The notes beneath the pieces are model-generated. The model saw nothing but the letters and a program-made list of their open reading frames with translations, ran no database searches and was not told where the DNA came from. From assembly GCA_963724765.1 (NCBI GenBank), contig CAVRVY010000001.1, positions 512,001-576,000 on the forward strand: a stretch of 64,000 bases of DNA, written 5' to 3'. Shown piece after piece: positions 1 to 8,964 of this stretch (the stretch's first letter is position 1; every line of letters starts with the position of its first letter). A program made the position numbers and the translations under genes. This DNA is from an uncultured delta proteobacterium (GTDB lineage Bacteria > Desulfobacterota > Binatia > Binatales > Binataceae).

Positions 1-425
1 GCTCCACCGACACAGCCCAGGCCAAAGATTGGCGTCCGCTTGATATCGGGCCGCAGTGTCATTCGGTTGATCAGGCGCGCGTCAAGTGACGGGCTCGCCA
101 CTCCAGTGATCGAAACGACGAAGAGGGCATCGAGGTCGCGGCGCGTCACACCGGCGCGCTCCAATGCGCCATCTACCGCCTTTTCTCCTAGTTGCTCGGC
201 GATCTCGATCCAGGCGCAGTTGGACTGCCCCCACGTTTCGAAGCGCTTGTAGTCTGCGAGTGAGAAGGCAAAATTGCGATAGTCGACACCGGTCCGCGAA
301 TGCAGGCGTGTGAGAAGTTCGGGGCACTGGAGCTTCTCACCCCAATGAGCCCGCAGAGCGTCGGTGATTAAGTATTGATGGTAGCGATGAGATGGAAACG
401 CGCCTGCTGCTCCAGCGATCTTCAT
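1..425 (-). CDS. Type III polyketide synthase (chalcone/stilbene synthase family), N-terminal part; runs off the left edge
   Basis: Manual translation from ATG 425 (GGAGAG RBS upstream): MKIAGAAGAFPSHRY...LHSRTGVDYR...VSITGVASPSLDARLINRM...KRTPIFGLGCVGGA, including the catalytic-Cys motif GLGC. Confidence 0.9.
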   Translation of the reverse strand, partial: MKIAGAAGAFPSHRYHQYLITDALRAHWGEKLQCPELLTRLHSRTGVDYRNFAFSLADYKRFETWGQSNCAWIEIAEQLGEKAVDGALERAGVTRRDLDALFVVSITGVASPSLDARLINRMTLRPDIKRTPIFGLGCVGG

Positions 426-1015
426 TCTTCACTCTCCAGCAATAAGCACTCACGATGCACAGTCGGCGATTTCTTCTTACCGATTCCACTGTTCGTGACA
501 TTTCGCTTTTGTTCACGCACTCGTCGAAGACGCCGCCTTTGAAACAGAAGAAAGGGCTGGTGAAACGCACGCGTAGGAGAAGCGCGAATCTGCGGTTCTC
601 AGCCGCTTCCACACCACACACAGGCCATATCCAGGGACCACGCAGTCGATAGGCATCGCGGGATGCCGGAACCGGCCGAGTCAGTGGGCCCGCCTGGAAT
701 CGTCAAAAATGCCTCGAACAAGGCCCTCGAAATTAAGTCGACCGCCTGGAGAGCGCGATGCACGCAGATCCCAGATACATGAGCTGCAGTGCAAACAGCA
801 CGACGGTGCTCCATGCGAGCAGCGGATTAAGGAGCAGCGTTTCCAGAGTTTTGATGATGCCTTTATCGACCTCTACCTCGAGAGGACCGCCGTCTTTAGG
901 GTAGAGGTCGAAGAAGCTTAGGAGAGAGCAAACGTCTTGCCATCGACCGCCGCCGGAACTAAATGGTAGAAAACTTGGGCATCTTCCCATCTCCGGGTTC
1001 AATAGAATTGCAGCC

Positions 1016-1055
1016 TGTCCAAGAATTTGGACGCTGCTGTCCGAAGTTTGCGACA
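1016..1055. promoter_or_regulatory. Tandem palindromic sites, candidate enhancer (UAS) for a sigma-54 activator
   Basis: TGTCCAAGAATTTGGACG (1016) and TGTCCGAAGTTTGCGACA (1038), 22 bp apart, about 100 bp upstream of a -24/-12 match. Confidence 0.5.
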
Positions 1056-1136
1056 ATCAGATCAACTTGATAAGCCTGAAGTTGCTCAAGGCTTTATTTT
1101 TTGCAACAGAAAGCACCCCGCCCACGCTCTTTGCCG

Positions 1137-1152
1137 CGGCATGCGATCTGCT
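1137..1152 (+). promoter_or_regulatory. Putative sigma-54 (-24/-12) promoter
   Basis: cGGCATGcgatcTGCt matches TGGCACG-N4-TTGC with correct GG-N10-GC spacing. Confidence 0.5.
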
Positions 1153-1462
1153 TATGTGCCAAAAGCAAGAGCGGCGTGGATAAACGAATCTGATTGGACT
1201 TTCGTTGGTCGGTTCCGGTGCGCAAGCAACAGCTTTTATTTCGCGACCCTAAATGCTCGAGCTGCTGGCGGCTGCGAGCAAGCGCCGCTCTTTAAGATTT
1301 TGGCTCGGTACTTGGCGACAGCACGGCACAGGCGGCAACCTGCAGCATGCGAAGCATCGAGATGCGCTGCGTGGTTGGATGGTTCACAGCGTTGTTCATG
1401 TTTTTGATGCTCGGCGTCCGCTGGCCCAGCTCCGGTTCTGAGGTAGGGATAAACTATAGCTT

Positions 1463-2356
1463 TTGAGTATAGCTACGGTGCATCCCCTGACGAAAAGAAG
1501 TTCAATTGGCTTGCTCGCTCCCGTCTTTCTGCTGCTCTTCGCTTCGGGTCTGGCGAATGCCCAGCCGCCGAGCGTCTCGGCAGTTGGCAATGAACTGACA
1601 TCCGATTTCAAATACCTCGTCAACAATACCCTGTTGGACGCAGAGGATGCCTTTACCTCGCCTTTATACGTGGCGGCGCCCGACAGTGCGCTGCGCTCAC
1701 CCAAGTTTTACCTGGTGCTGGCGGGCGCGGGCGCAATCTTCGGCGGCTCGTTCGCGCTGGACCAGACGATGCGCAGTCACCTGGGCGGCATGAGCAGTAG
1801 CGACGCGGACCTTTTGCAGAACGTCAGCTACGGCTCGGTCAGCGCTGCGACGGCGCTCCTGTACGGCTACGGGCTTTGGAACGATGATCATCGAGCAAGA
1901 GAATACGCGCTTACCGCTGGCGAGGGGGCGGGAATAGCAACGCTCGTTGACATTGGGATTAAGGCGGGGTTTGGCCGCCTGCGGCCAAGCCAAACGGGCA
2001 GCCACACCGCGTTTTTCCATGGTGGGCAGTCGTTTGTCTCGGGCGACGTAACGCCGATGTTCGCCCTCGCCGCCGGAGTGAGCGAATACTACGACAATCG
2101 CTGGTCCGTGGCCGTACCGATCTACTCGCTCGCGCTGCTCGACGGTTTCGGTCGTATGGGGAACAACGCCCATTGGTTCTCGGACGTGGTCGGCGCCGCG
2201 CTGCTCGGCGTCGGCACCACGGAGCTCCTTCTTTGGCTCCACAAGCGCCACGAGGCGGAACCGAGCCGGTGGCGGATCTTCTCGATGAGCGCGCCTTCGG
2301 GGCCGAGGGCTAGCACCCAACCGTCAGTTGGGATGGGCGTAGCTTATAACTGGTAG
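1463..2356 (+). CDS. PAP2-family phosphatase with signal peptide
   Basis: Motifs KAGFGRLRP, SFVSGD (usually PSGH) and GRMGNNAHWFSDV; N-terminal signal peptide. Confidence 0.85.
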   Translation: MSIATVHPLTKRSSIGLLAPVFLLLFASGLANAQPPSVSAVGNELTSDFKYLVNNTLLDAEDAFTSPLYVAAPDSALRSPKFYLVLAGAGAIFGGSFALDQTMRSHLGGMSSSDADLLQNVSYGSVSAATALLYGYGLWNDDHRAREYALTAGEGAGIATLVDIGIKAGFGRLRPSQTGSHTAFFHGGQSFVSGDVTPMFALAAGVSEYYDNRWSVAVPIYSLALLDGFGRMGNNAHWFSDVVGAALLGVGTTELLLWLHKRHEAEPSRWRIFSMSAPSGPRASTQPSVGMGVAYNW

Positions 2357-2546
2357 ACGGCGGGGAATCGCTCAACGGCTCCCTGCAAGATGATTTTTCC
2401 GGCGCAGCGGCGAGACGACCGCTTGAGATATGAAAACGGTTGCCGATAACGACTAAAATGGGGAACTTCAAAGGTGTGGTCTCGGACAGGTCCGTCGCAC
2501 AGTCTCCTGCGGGCACCTCAGTTTTCGGCAGTAGGCGTTCGGCTCG

Positions 2547-3926
2547 ATGAAGGCCGGCTTAAAGGAGCGGAGTGCGCTATTCTGCATGGTGGCCGCGATC
2601 GCTGGACATAAACGCGCTATGGGCCAATGGCCTTTCAGCACCCTTGCGCTGACAATCGGCCATGGCGATTCCGATTTCGTGGCGAGCGACTTTGAGTCTT
2701 TTCGCCGCCAGGAGTTCCTATTTGCCCTCCTGAATCTGCTCCTGATCGGTGCGCTGTTGGCACTACAAGCCTTCTCCCGATTCGTTCGCGGCAGACCTGC
2801 AGCTTCCGTCGTCTGGGTTCTGGCAGTTGGCTTGGTGATGCAAGCGGTTCACCTTACATGGTTAAACTGGAGAACTGCACCACTGTCGCTCCCGAAGCGG
2901 AGGGTCTTCACGTTCTGGTCGCTCGGGTTCAACTCAGCGCTCGCCTTTGTTCTTACCTTCATCACCATAAGAGGCGATACCGCTTACTACGCTCTGATGC
3001 TGCTGCCGGTGCTCGAAGCCGCATTTAGGCTTGGCCTTGGCGCCACAATCGCGGTGGCAGTGCTGGCGGACTTCGTCTGTTTCCTCGGAGCTTATGGGAT
3101 GAAGTTCGGCGAGTACATCGAAGCTGGCGCAATGTCCGTGATTTTTACAGTAATGGGAGTTCTCGTATGGCTTTTGGTCAACAATCTCCGTCAGCGCGAG
3201 GCGCGATTCGTGCGCAACCTCGAGGAACTTGAGCGGACCCGCCTGCAACTGCTTTCCGAAGAAAAGCTCGCGGCGGTGGGTCGACTGTCGAGGGCAATCG
3301 CACACGAAATTCGAAATCCCGTCGCAATGATTGCTAGTTCGCTCGCGACTGCCGCACGCGCAGGCCAGGACGAGGCCGAACGGAAGGAAATGTTCGCAAT
3401 CGCGGCCAAGGAAGCCACCCGTCTTGAGCGGCTCACTAGCGATTTTCTCGTTTACGCTCGTCCACGGGCGCCGCAAATCGGCCATGCGAACCTCGCCGAT
3501 ATCCTCAACTACGTCGCAACCCTCTCCCGTGCTCACGCGGCAAATAATGGCGTGGCAATTGATGTTCTTGCCGACCGTGACCTGGAAGGGGACTTCGACG
3601 CCGGGCAGGTTCAGCAGGCGCTTTTGAATCTGGTTCTGAACGCAATCGACGCATGCCGCCGTGGCGACTCGGTCGGACTCAAGGCTGAAAAGAACGGAGG
3701 CGCCGCGATACGGATCGATGTGATCGATCCAGCCGGTCCGATCCCAGGTGACACGGTCGGCCGCATTTTTGAACCGCTATTTACTACCAAGCAGGGAGGA
3801 AACGGGCTCGGCCTCGCCATCGCACGCAATATCGTCCGTGCGCATGGCGGCGACATAGTGCTCAGAATCAACGAGCCGAGCCTCGTATGCTTTTCGATCG
3901 AAATCCCCGGGCATTCTCCCAACTAA
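2547..3926 (+). CDS. Membrane sensor histidine kinase (HisKA/HATPase_c)
   Basis: H-box IAHEIRNP, N-box LNLVLNAIDA, G2 GNGLGLAI; several N-terminal TM helices with short loops. Confidence 0.93.
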   Translation: MKAGLKERSALFCMVAAIAGHKRAMGQWPFSTLALTIGHGDSDFVASDFESFRRQEFLFALLNLLLIGALLALQAFSRFVRGRPAASVVWVLAVGLVMQAVHLTWLNWRTAPLSLPKRRVFTFWSLGFNSALAFVLTFITIRGDTAYYALMLLPVLEAAFRLGLGATIAVAVLADFVCFLGAYGMKFGEYIEAGAMSVIFTVMGVLVWLLVNNLRQREARFVRNLEELERTRLQLLSEEKLAAVGRLSRAIAHEIRNPVAMIASSLATAARAGQDEAERKEMFAIAAKEATRLERLTSDFLVYARPRAPQIGHANLADILNYVATLSRAHAANNGVAIDVLADRDLEGDFDAGQVQQALLNLVLNAIDACRRGDSVGLKAEKNGGAAIRIDVIDPAGPIPGDTVGRIFEPLFTTKQGGNGLGLAIARNIVRAHGGDIVLRINEPSLVCFSIEIPGHSPN

Positions 3927-3947
3927 ATCGCACTGTGGGAATACACG

Positions 3948-5354
3948 ATGGGCAAGATATTGATCGTAGATGACGAGCCGCACCTGCGGCGGATCCTAAC
4001 CTCCAATCTGAAGCATGAGGGCCATGAGATAGTCGAGGCAGCCGGCGTCAGCGACGCGCGGCGTGCCCTAACCGAGTTTCGTTTTGATGCAGTCATAACG
4101 GACCAGAAAATGGGCGATGGCGAAGGGTTGGATGTTCTAGCCTCCGCGCACGAGACGGATTCTGCTTTATCAGTCGTCTTCCTGACAGCGTTTGCTACCA
4201 TAGAGCTCGCGGTCGAAAGCATGCGCCGTGGCTCCTTTGATTTCATCACCAAGCCATTCGCGCCTGAAGTCCTGCTTGCGTCCACTAGCCGTGCGGTGGA
4301 GCACACCAGACTCTTACGCGAGAATGGTAGGCTCCGTGACGAGGTATTACGCCTCGAAGGTTCCTCGGAGATTACGGGACGGAGCTCTGCGATTCGCGAG
4401 CTTCGCGAGAAGATCACACGCGTTGCACCAACGAACGTGACGGTTTTCATCACTGGAGAAACAGGTACCGGCAAGGAACTTGTAGCCCGCGCGGTTCACT
4501 GCAGTAGCGGTCGCGCTTCAAAACCTCTCGTTGCCGTCAACTGTGCAGCTTTTACCGAGACACTTCTGGAAAGCGAATTGTTCGGCCACGAGCGCGGGGC
4601 ATTCACTGGTGCCGATCGCGCGCGCGAGGGCCTGTTCGAGGCCGCGCACGAAGGCACGCTCTTCCTGGACGAGGCCGGAGAGTTGTCCATGCCCGCGCAG
4701 GCAAAGCTGCTGCGCGTGCTCACGGACGGGCTGGTGACGCGAATCGGCTCGACCAAGCCGCGCCAGGTCGATGTCCGGCTTATTGTCGCGACACATCGCG
4801 ATTTGAAGCAACGGGTGCAGGATGGTCTCTTTCGGGACGACCTGTATTACCGTCTCGCCGTCGTGCCGCTGGAGGTTCCCCCTCTTCGCGAGCGCAGAGA
4901 AGACATACCAGCACTATGCGAACTTTTTCTAATGCACGCGGCACGTGATCTAAAGGTGGCACCGCGGAGGATCGGCGCAGACGCGATGCGCACCCTCCTG
5001 AGCTACGACTTCCCAGGTAATATTCGCGAACTGAGGAATCTCATTGAACGAGCTTGTATTCTCTCGATTGGGGCTGAGATCACATCGGAGAATTTTCCCA
5101 TGGCAGCCCAGATCCGCACTGCCGGCGTTCCCGTCGACCGCGCGAGCCCGATCACTCCTAATGAAGTCGCCGAAATGATGTCCGAGACCCTGGACCTGCG
5201 CGAGTTCTTGGCCTCGCTCGAAAAGGCGGTCATTCAACGAGCGCTCAGAGCCACTAGTGGAGCGCAGGCTGAGGCTGCACGGAGGCTTGGCCTTTCGCGA
5301 AGTGACGTTTCCTACAAGCTGGGAAAGCACAACATCAAAACGGCCGCGAGCTGA
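3948..5354 (+). CDS. Sigma-54-dependent response regulator (NtrC/AtoC family)
   Basis: REC domain (LIVDDE, TDQKM), Walker A GETGTGKE, GAFTGA, FLDE, C-terminal Fis-type HTH. Confidence 0.96.
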   Translation: MGKILIVDDEPHLRRILTSNLKHEGHEIVEAAGVSDARRALTEFRFDAVITDQKMGDGEGLDVLASAHETDSALSVVFLTAFATIELAVESMRRGSFDFITKPFAPEVLLASTSRAVEHTRLLRENGRLRDEVLRLEGSSEITGRSSAIRELREKITRVAPTNVTVFITGETGTGKELVARAVHCSSGRASKPLVAVNCAAFTETLLESELFGHERGAFTGADRAREGLFEAAHEGTLFLDEAGELSMPAQAKLLRVLTDGLVTRIGSTKPRQVDVRLIVATHRDLKQRVQDGLFRDDLYYRLAVVPLEVPPLRERREDIPALCELFLMHAARDLKVAPRRIGADAMRTLLSYDFPGNIRELRNLIERACILSIGAEITSENFPMAAQIRTAGVPVDRASPITPNEVAEMMSETLDLREFLASLEKAVIQRALRATSGAQAEAARRLGLSRSDVSYKLGKHNIKTAAS

Positions 5355-5649
5355 GTCTGGAACCGACGATAGCGTGCACGATGGATCTTGCTCTTATACG
5401 GAGCCTCAATTGGCGCGTCGGTTAGGCGGCACATCGAGCTCGACTACACGCGCCGCCGAGGAGAACCCGATGACGCCTGAGCTGCGGCCATCATCGGTGC
5501 TGAACCTTGGTGTCGGAGTTGGGCCTACCCGAGGTGCGCAACGGTTTATTCCTGAAATCGATCGTGGTCTGGACCCCGCCTAAGATGAAAAATACCGTCG
5601 CAGACCCAACGACAGCTGTTGCCGCTGCCGGGAAGGAAGACCACCCGTT

Positions 5650-6606
5650 ATGTCGTTTCCCGGTCTGATTGAAGCTGCTCACCTTCGGAAAAGCTACGGC
5701 GCACGTTTGGCCATAGATGACCTGACCTTCAGCGTGAAGTCCGGCGAAGTTGTCGGTTTGCTTGGTCCCAATGGCGCCGGTAAAACCACTACCCTGTCGA
5801 TTCTCGCGACGCTGGCCGCACCCGATGCCGGCGAAGTTCGGATTGCCGGGATCGATTCGCGTGTGGCTCCTGATAGTCTGCGGCGAAAGCTCGGCTTTGT
5901 TCCGCAGTCTATAGCTCTCTACCCGCCACTAAGCGCATTTCGAAACTTGGAAGTCTTCGCTCGCGTCCATGGGCTGACTCGACGGCTGGCAGAAGCCCGC
6001 AGCATCGAAGCCCTCGACTCCGTCGGACTTCGCGATCGCGCAGATGATCCCGTCTGGACGCTCTCGGGCGGAATGAAGCGGCGGCTCAATCTCGCCTGCG
6101 GGATGGTTCATCGACCAGAGGTGCTGCTCCTCGACGAACCGACCGTCGGCGTCGATCCGCAGTCACGCGAACGCATCTTGACGACGATTCGTGCTTTGAC
6201 TGATTCCGGCGTCGCGGTGCTCTACAGCACGCATTACATGGAGGAGGTCGAACGCATGTGCGATCGCGCTTTCCTGATTGACCGGGGCAAGCTGATGGCC
6301 CAAGGCACGGTCGCTCAGCTGATCGAGCTGGGCGGTCGCCATCCTCGCATGAAGATTACGTTCGAAACCCCGCCACGACCTGGATGGTACGACGGTCTAT
6401 CGGGGGTAAGAGAGCTCGCGCCGGCGACTGCCGAAACCACGGTCGCGCTCGAACTCACAAACCTCAGGCAGGTCAGCGAATTGCTGGAGCGGGCACACAA
6501 CGTTGGTGGCCAACCGCTGGAATTCGCGGTGCATAGTCCCAACTTGTCCGACGCTTTTATCGCGTTAACCGGTCACGCGCTGCGCGACGCGACTCCTGAG
6601 ATTTAA
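5650..6606 (+). CDS. ABC-2 type exporter ATP-binding protein
   Basis: GPNGAGKTT, LSGGMKRR, LLLDEPTVGVDPQSR, STHYMEE. Confidence 0.95.
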   Translation: MSFPGLIEAAHLRKSYGARLAIDDLTFSVKSGEVVGLLGPNGAGKTTTLSILATLAAPDAGEVRIAGIDSRVAPDSLRRKLGFVPQSIALYPPLSAFRNLEVFARVHGLTRRLAEARSIEALDSVGLRDRADDPVWTLSGGMKRRLNLACGMVHRPEVLLLDEPTVGVDPQSRERILTTIRALTDSGVAVLYSTHYMEEVERMCDRAFLIDRGKLMAQGTVAQLIELGGRHPRMKITFETPPRPGWYDGLSGVRELAPATAETTVALELTNLRQVSELLERAHNVGGQPLEFAVHSPNLSDAFIALTGHALRDATPEI

Positions 6607-6619
6607 CGAGGATTCGCTA

Positions 6620-8335
6620 ATGCTGCGCGCGGCATGGATAGTATTTCAGAACGAATTTCGCCTTCTTGAGCAAGATCGCGCGGCGTTGTTCATGCTGGCT
6701 CTGGCTCCCCTGGTAATCATCACGGTAGCGGGACTCTCGCTTGGCAATATATACGGCGCCCAGCCCGGCTCGGAGCCGTATTCCATTATAGTCGTGGACG
6801 ACGATCACGGACGGCTGGCGCGTGCGCTCGTTGAAGCGTTCAGTCGTGACCATTCAGTGTCGGTCGTGTCGGTGGCGAATCTAAATGAGGCGCGCGCAAT
6901 CGTCAGCGGGCGGGCCCGCGCGCCACTTTGTATCGTGATCCCATCAGGAACAACAGACGCCTTTGAAGCCGGTCGCGACGTCCACCTGATGCTATACATC
7001 GACCCAGTGAAACGGCTGGAAGCCGGGGCCATCGAGCTTGATCTAGACCGCCTGTGCCGCGAGGTCACGGCTCGCGCTCACGACCTTGCGCGGAAGAAAA
7101 TGGCGGAACAGGCATCCCATCTCCGTGATCAGCTCGCGCAGGCCACCGATCAGATGAAAGCCAGCGCGGCTCAGCTGGATCGGCTTCGGCGGCAATTCGA
7201 ACGCGCCCGCGCCACTGCTCAATCGGAAATGATCGTGCAGACCCGCCAGGCAATCGAGCGAATCAGGGCCGAAACCATTTTGCAGGTTGATCGCTCCCTC
7301 GCGCAGACCAGGATTGCCGTCGAGCGCGACCTTGCCGCCCGCCACGACGCGCTGATTGCCGTGAGTCGCTACCTCGAACAACTCCAGGCAAGCCGGCACG
7401 ACTTCGAGACGTGGCTCGCGGAGCTCAAGTTCGCCGCTGGCTCTCATGCAAGCCAAATTCCCCCTCCACCGCAGTGGCCAGCCCAGCCCGATAGAGCGCA
7501 GTTGGCCGAACTCTCAAAGCCGCTCGATTTTGCCGCGCCGCGCGTCGATGCGGCGGCGTCCGTTGCGCTCCCGAATATAGCGATCAGGTTGCCGCGTCTA
7601 CCGGAGCTTCCTGATCTTCGTTCGATTCCTGATCTTGGCTATGCAGTTTCGCAGACGGCATCGCCCCTGCCGGGGATCCTCGGATGGCACGAACGTTCGA
7701 TCACCGGTGGCGATGCCGAGGTGAATGCGTTCGACCAGTATGTGCCGGGGTTCGGAATCACGTTCCTCTTGGTCGATATGCTCTGGGGCGTCGGCGTGGG
7801 TCTGATCGATGAACGCGACTGGGGCACCCTCGCGCGCCTGCGCGTCAGCGGCGCGCCGGCCTCGGGAATGATGCTCGGAAAACTGATGTCGCGTTTTCTA
7901 ATCGGCCTCGGTCAGATGGTCCTCCTGTTCGGCGCCGGCTGGGCTCTGTTCGGAATATCCCTCGGACGTAATTCGTGGGCTTTGCTGTTCCCGGCGGCGG
8001 CAATTTCATTTGCGGCTGCCGCATTCAGTCTCGTCATCGCCTGCGTCGCCAACACTCGCGATGCCGTGCTGCCGATCGGCGCGATGGCTGCGCTTGCGAT
8101 GTCAGCGATTGGCGGGTGCTGGTGGCCGCTCGACTTCGAGCCTTATTGGATGCGCGCGCTCGCGCTTGGGATGCCCACAACGTGGACGATGGAGGGGTTC
8201 AACAACTTGATGATTCGCGGGCTCGATCCGTTAAGTACCGCGTGCCCTGCGGCGATTACGTTTGCAATCGGTACGGTCTTTCTCGCTATGGGAATTCTTA
8301 GCTCCTCGCGAATATACGATCACGCGGGTCAATGA
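6620..8335 (+). CDS. ABC-2 type permease with an enlarged extracytoplasmic domain
   Basis: N-terminal TM helix, VVDDD motif, C-terminal ABC2_membrane segment (YVPGF, ERDWGTLARL, GGCWWP); follows the ATPase. Confidence 0.9.
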   Translation: MLRAAWIVFQNEFRLLEQDRAALFMLALAPLVIITVAGLSLGNIYGAQPGSEPYSIIVVDDDHGRLARALVEAFSRDHSVSVVSVANLNEARAIVSGRARAPLCIVIPSGTTDAFEAGRDVHLMLYIDPVKRLEAGAIELDLDRLCREVTARAHDLARKKMAEQASHLRDQLAQATDQMKASAAQLDRLRRQFERARATAQSEMIVQTRQAIERIRAETILQVDRSLAQTRIAVERDLAARHDALIAVSRYLEQLQASRHDFETWLAELKFAAGSHASQIPPPPQWPAQPDRAQLAELSKPLDFAAPRVDAAASVALPNIAIRLPRLPELPDLRSIPDLGYAVSQTASPLPGILGWHERSITGGDAEVNAFDQYVPGFGITFLLVDMLWGVGVGLIDERDWGTLARLRVSGAPASGMMLGKLMSRFLIGLGQMVLLFGAGWALFGISLGRNSWALLFPAAAISFAAAAFSLVIACVANTRDAVLPIGAMAALAMSAIGGCWWPLDFEPYWMRALALGMPTTWTMEGFNNLMIRGLDPLSTACPAAITFAIGTVFLAMGILSSSRIYDHAGQ

Positions 8336-8817
8336 GCCGGGAGAGCTATTTGCTGCGAGGTCCACTGAAGCACGACATTCTTTTGTGCGTCACTCAGCTT
8401 GGCCGACGGATGAAAGAAGTCGTAATCTGCGGGTGGCATCGATCCGCTGTCCACGACCGCTTCAATCTCCGAGGCCATCGCGTTGCGCTGCTTTACATCC
8501 AGAGTCGCCCAGTCCGAGAAGTTCAGGACCTCTCGTCCTTTGTGCGCGCCGAACAGATACGACGGCGCAAGCTTCGCACTCCAGGAGCCGCTGCCGCGGT
8601 CGGAATGGCAATCGAAGCAAGAATTCGCGAGAGTTTGGTAGACCTGCGGGTCTGCTGCGAGACTATCGGTCGGAGCAGATCCTCGCTGCATCGCTGTCGA
8701 GTTGCTGCTACTCGAACATCCCGCGAGCAGTATCGCGATCCAAAAAGAAGCGCCGATACAGACTGCAAACAGACGGGGGCGCCAAATTCCAGCGGTATCG
8801 GAAATCAATCGATGCAT
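8329..8817 (-). CDS. Heme-binding domain (c-type cytochrome) lipoprotein
   Basis: Lipobox LLAGC, CxxCH (CFDCHS), LNFSDW and GSMPP motifs of the Haem_bd family. Confidence 0.85.
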   Translation of the reverse strand: MHRLISDTAGIWRPRLFAVCIGASFWIAILLAGCSSSSNSTAMQRGSAPTDSLAADPQVYQTLANSCFDCHSDRGSGSWSAKLAPSYLFGAHKGREVLNFSDWATLDVKQRNAMASEIEAVVDSGSMPPADYDFFHPSAKLSDAQKNVVLQWTSQQIALPAH

Positions 8818-8849
8818 AGCAATCTTTCCCTAAATAAGACGTGCAGCAC

Positions 8850-8864
8850 GCAAGATGGATGCCA
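8850..8864 (-). promoter_or_regulatory. Putative sigma-54 promoter of the heme-binding protein gene
   Basis: Minus strand TGGCATCCATCTTGC, near-consensus -24/-12, about 30 bp upstream of the ATG. Confidence 0.65.
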
Positions 8865-8964
8865 TGCTGCGCGTCCCAAATCCTTCAGAGCCCGGCAGTT
8901 CCTGCTATCCAGACGGCTCTCGACCAAACGAAAATTCGTGCCACCGCGACGAGGAGGATCTAGA

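Noticed and set aside
733-1056. 107-aa minus-strand ORF with a hydrophobic C-terminus
   Set aside because: No recognisable family, and its 5' half overlaps the candidate enhancer sites; a shorter membrane peptide cannot be excluded
8332-8964. N-terminal 211 aa of the 668-aa ORF
   Set aside because: Antisense to the heme-protein gene; the aminotransferase starts at 8965 after a strong RBS
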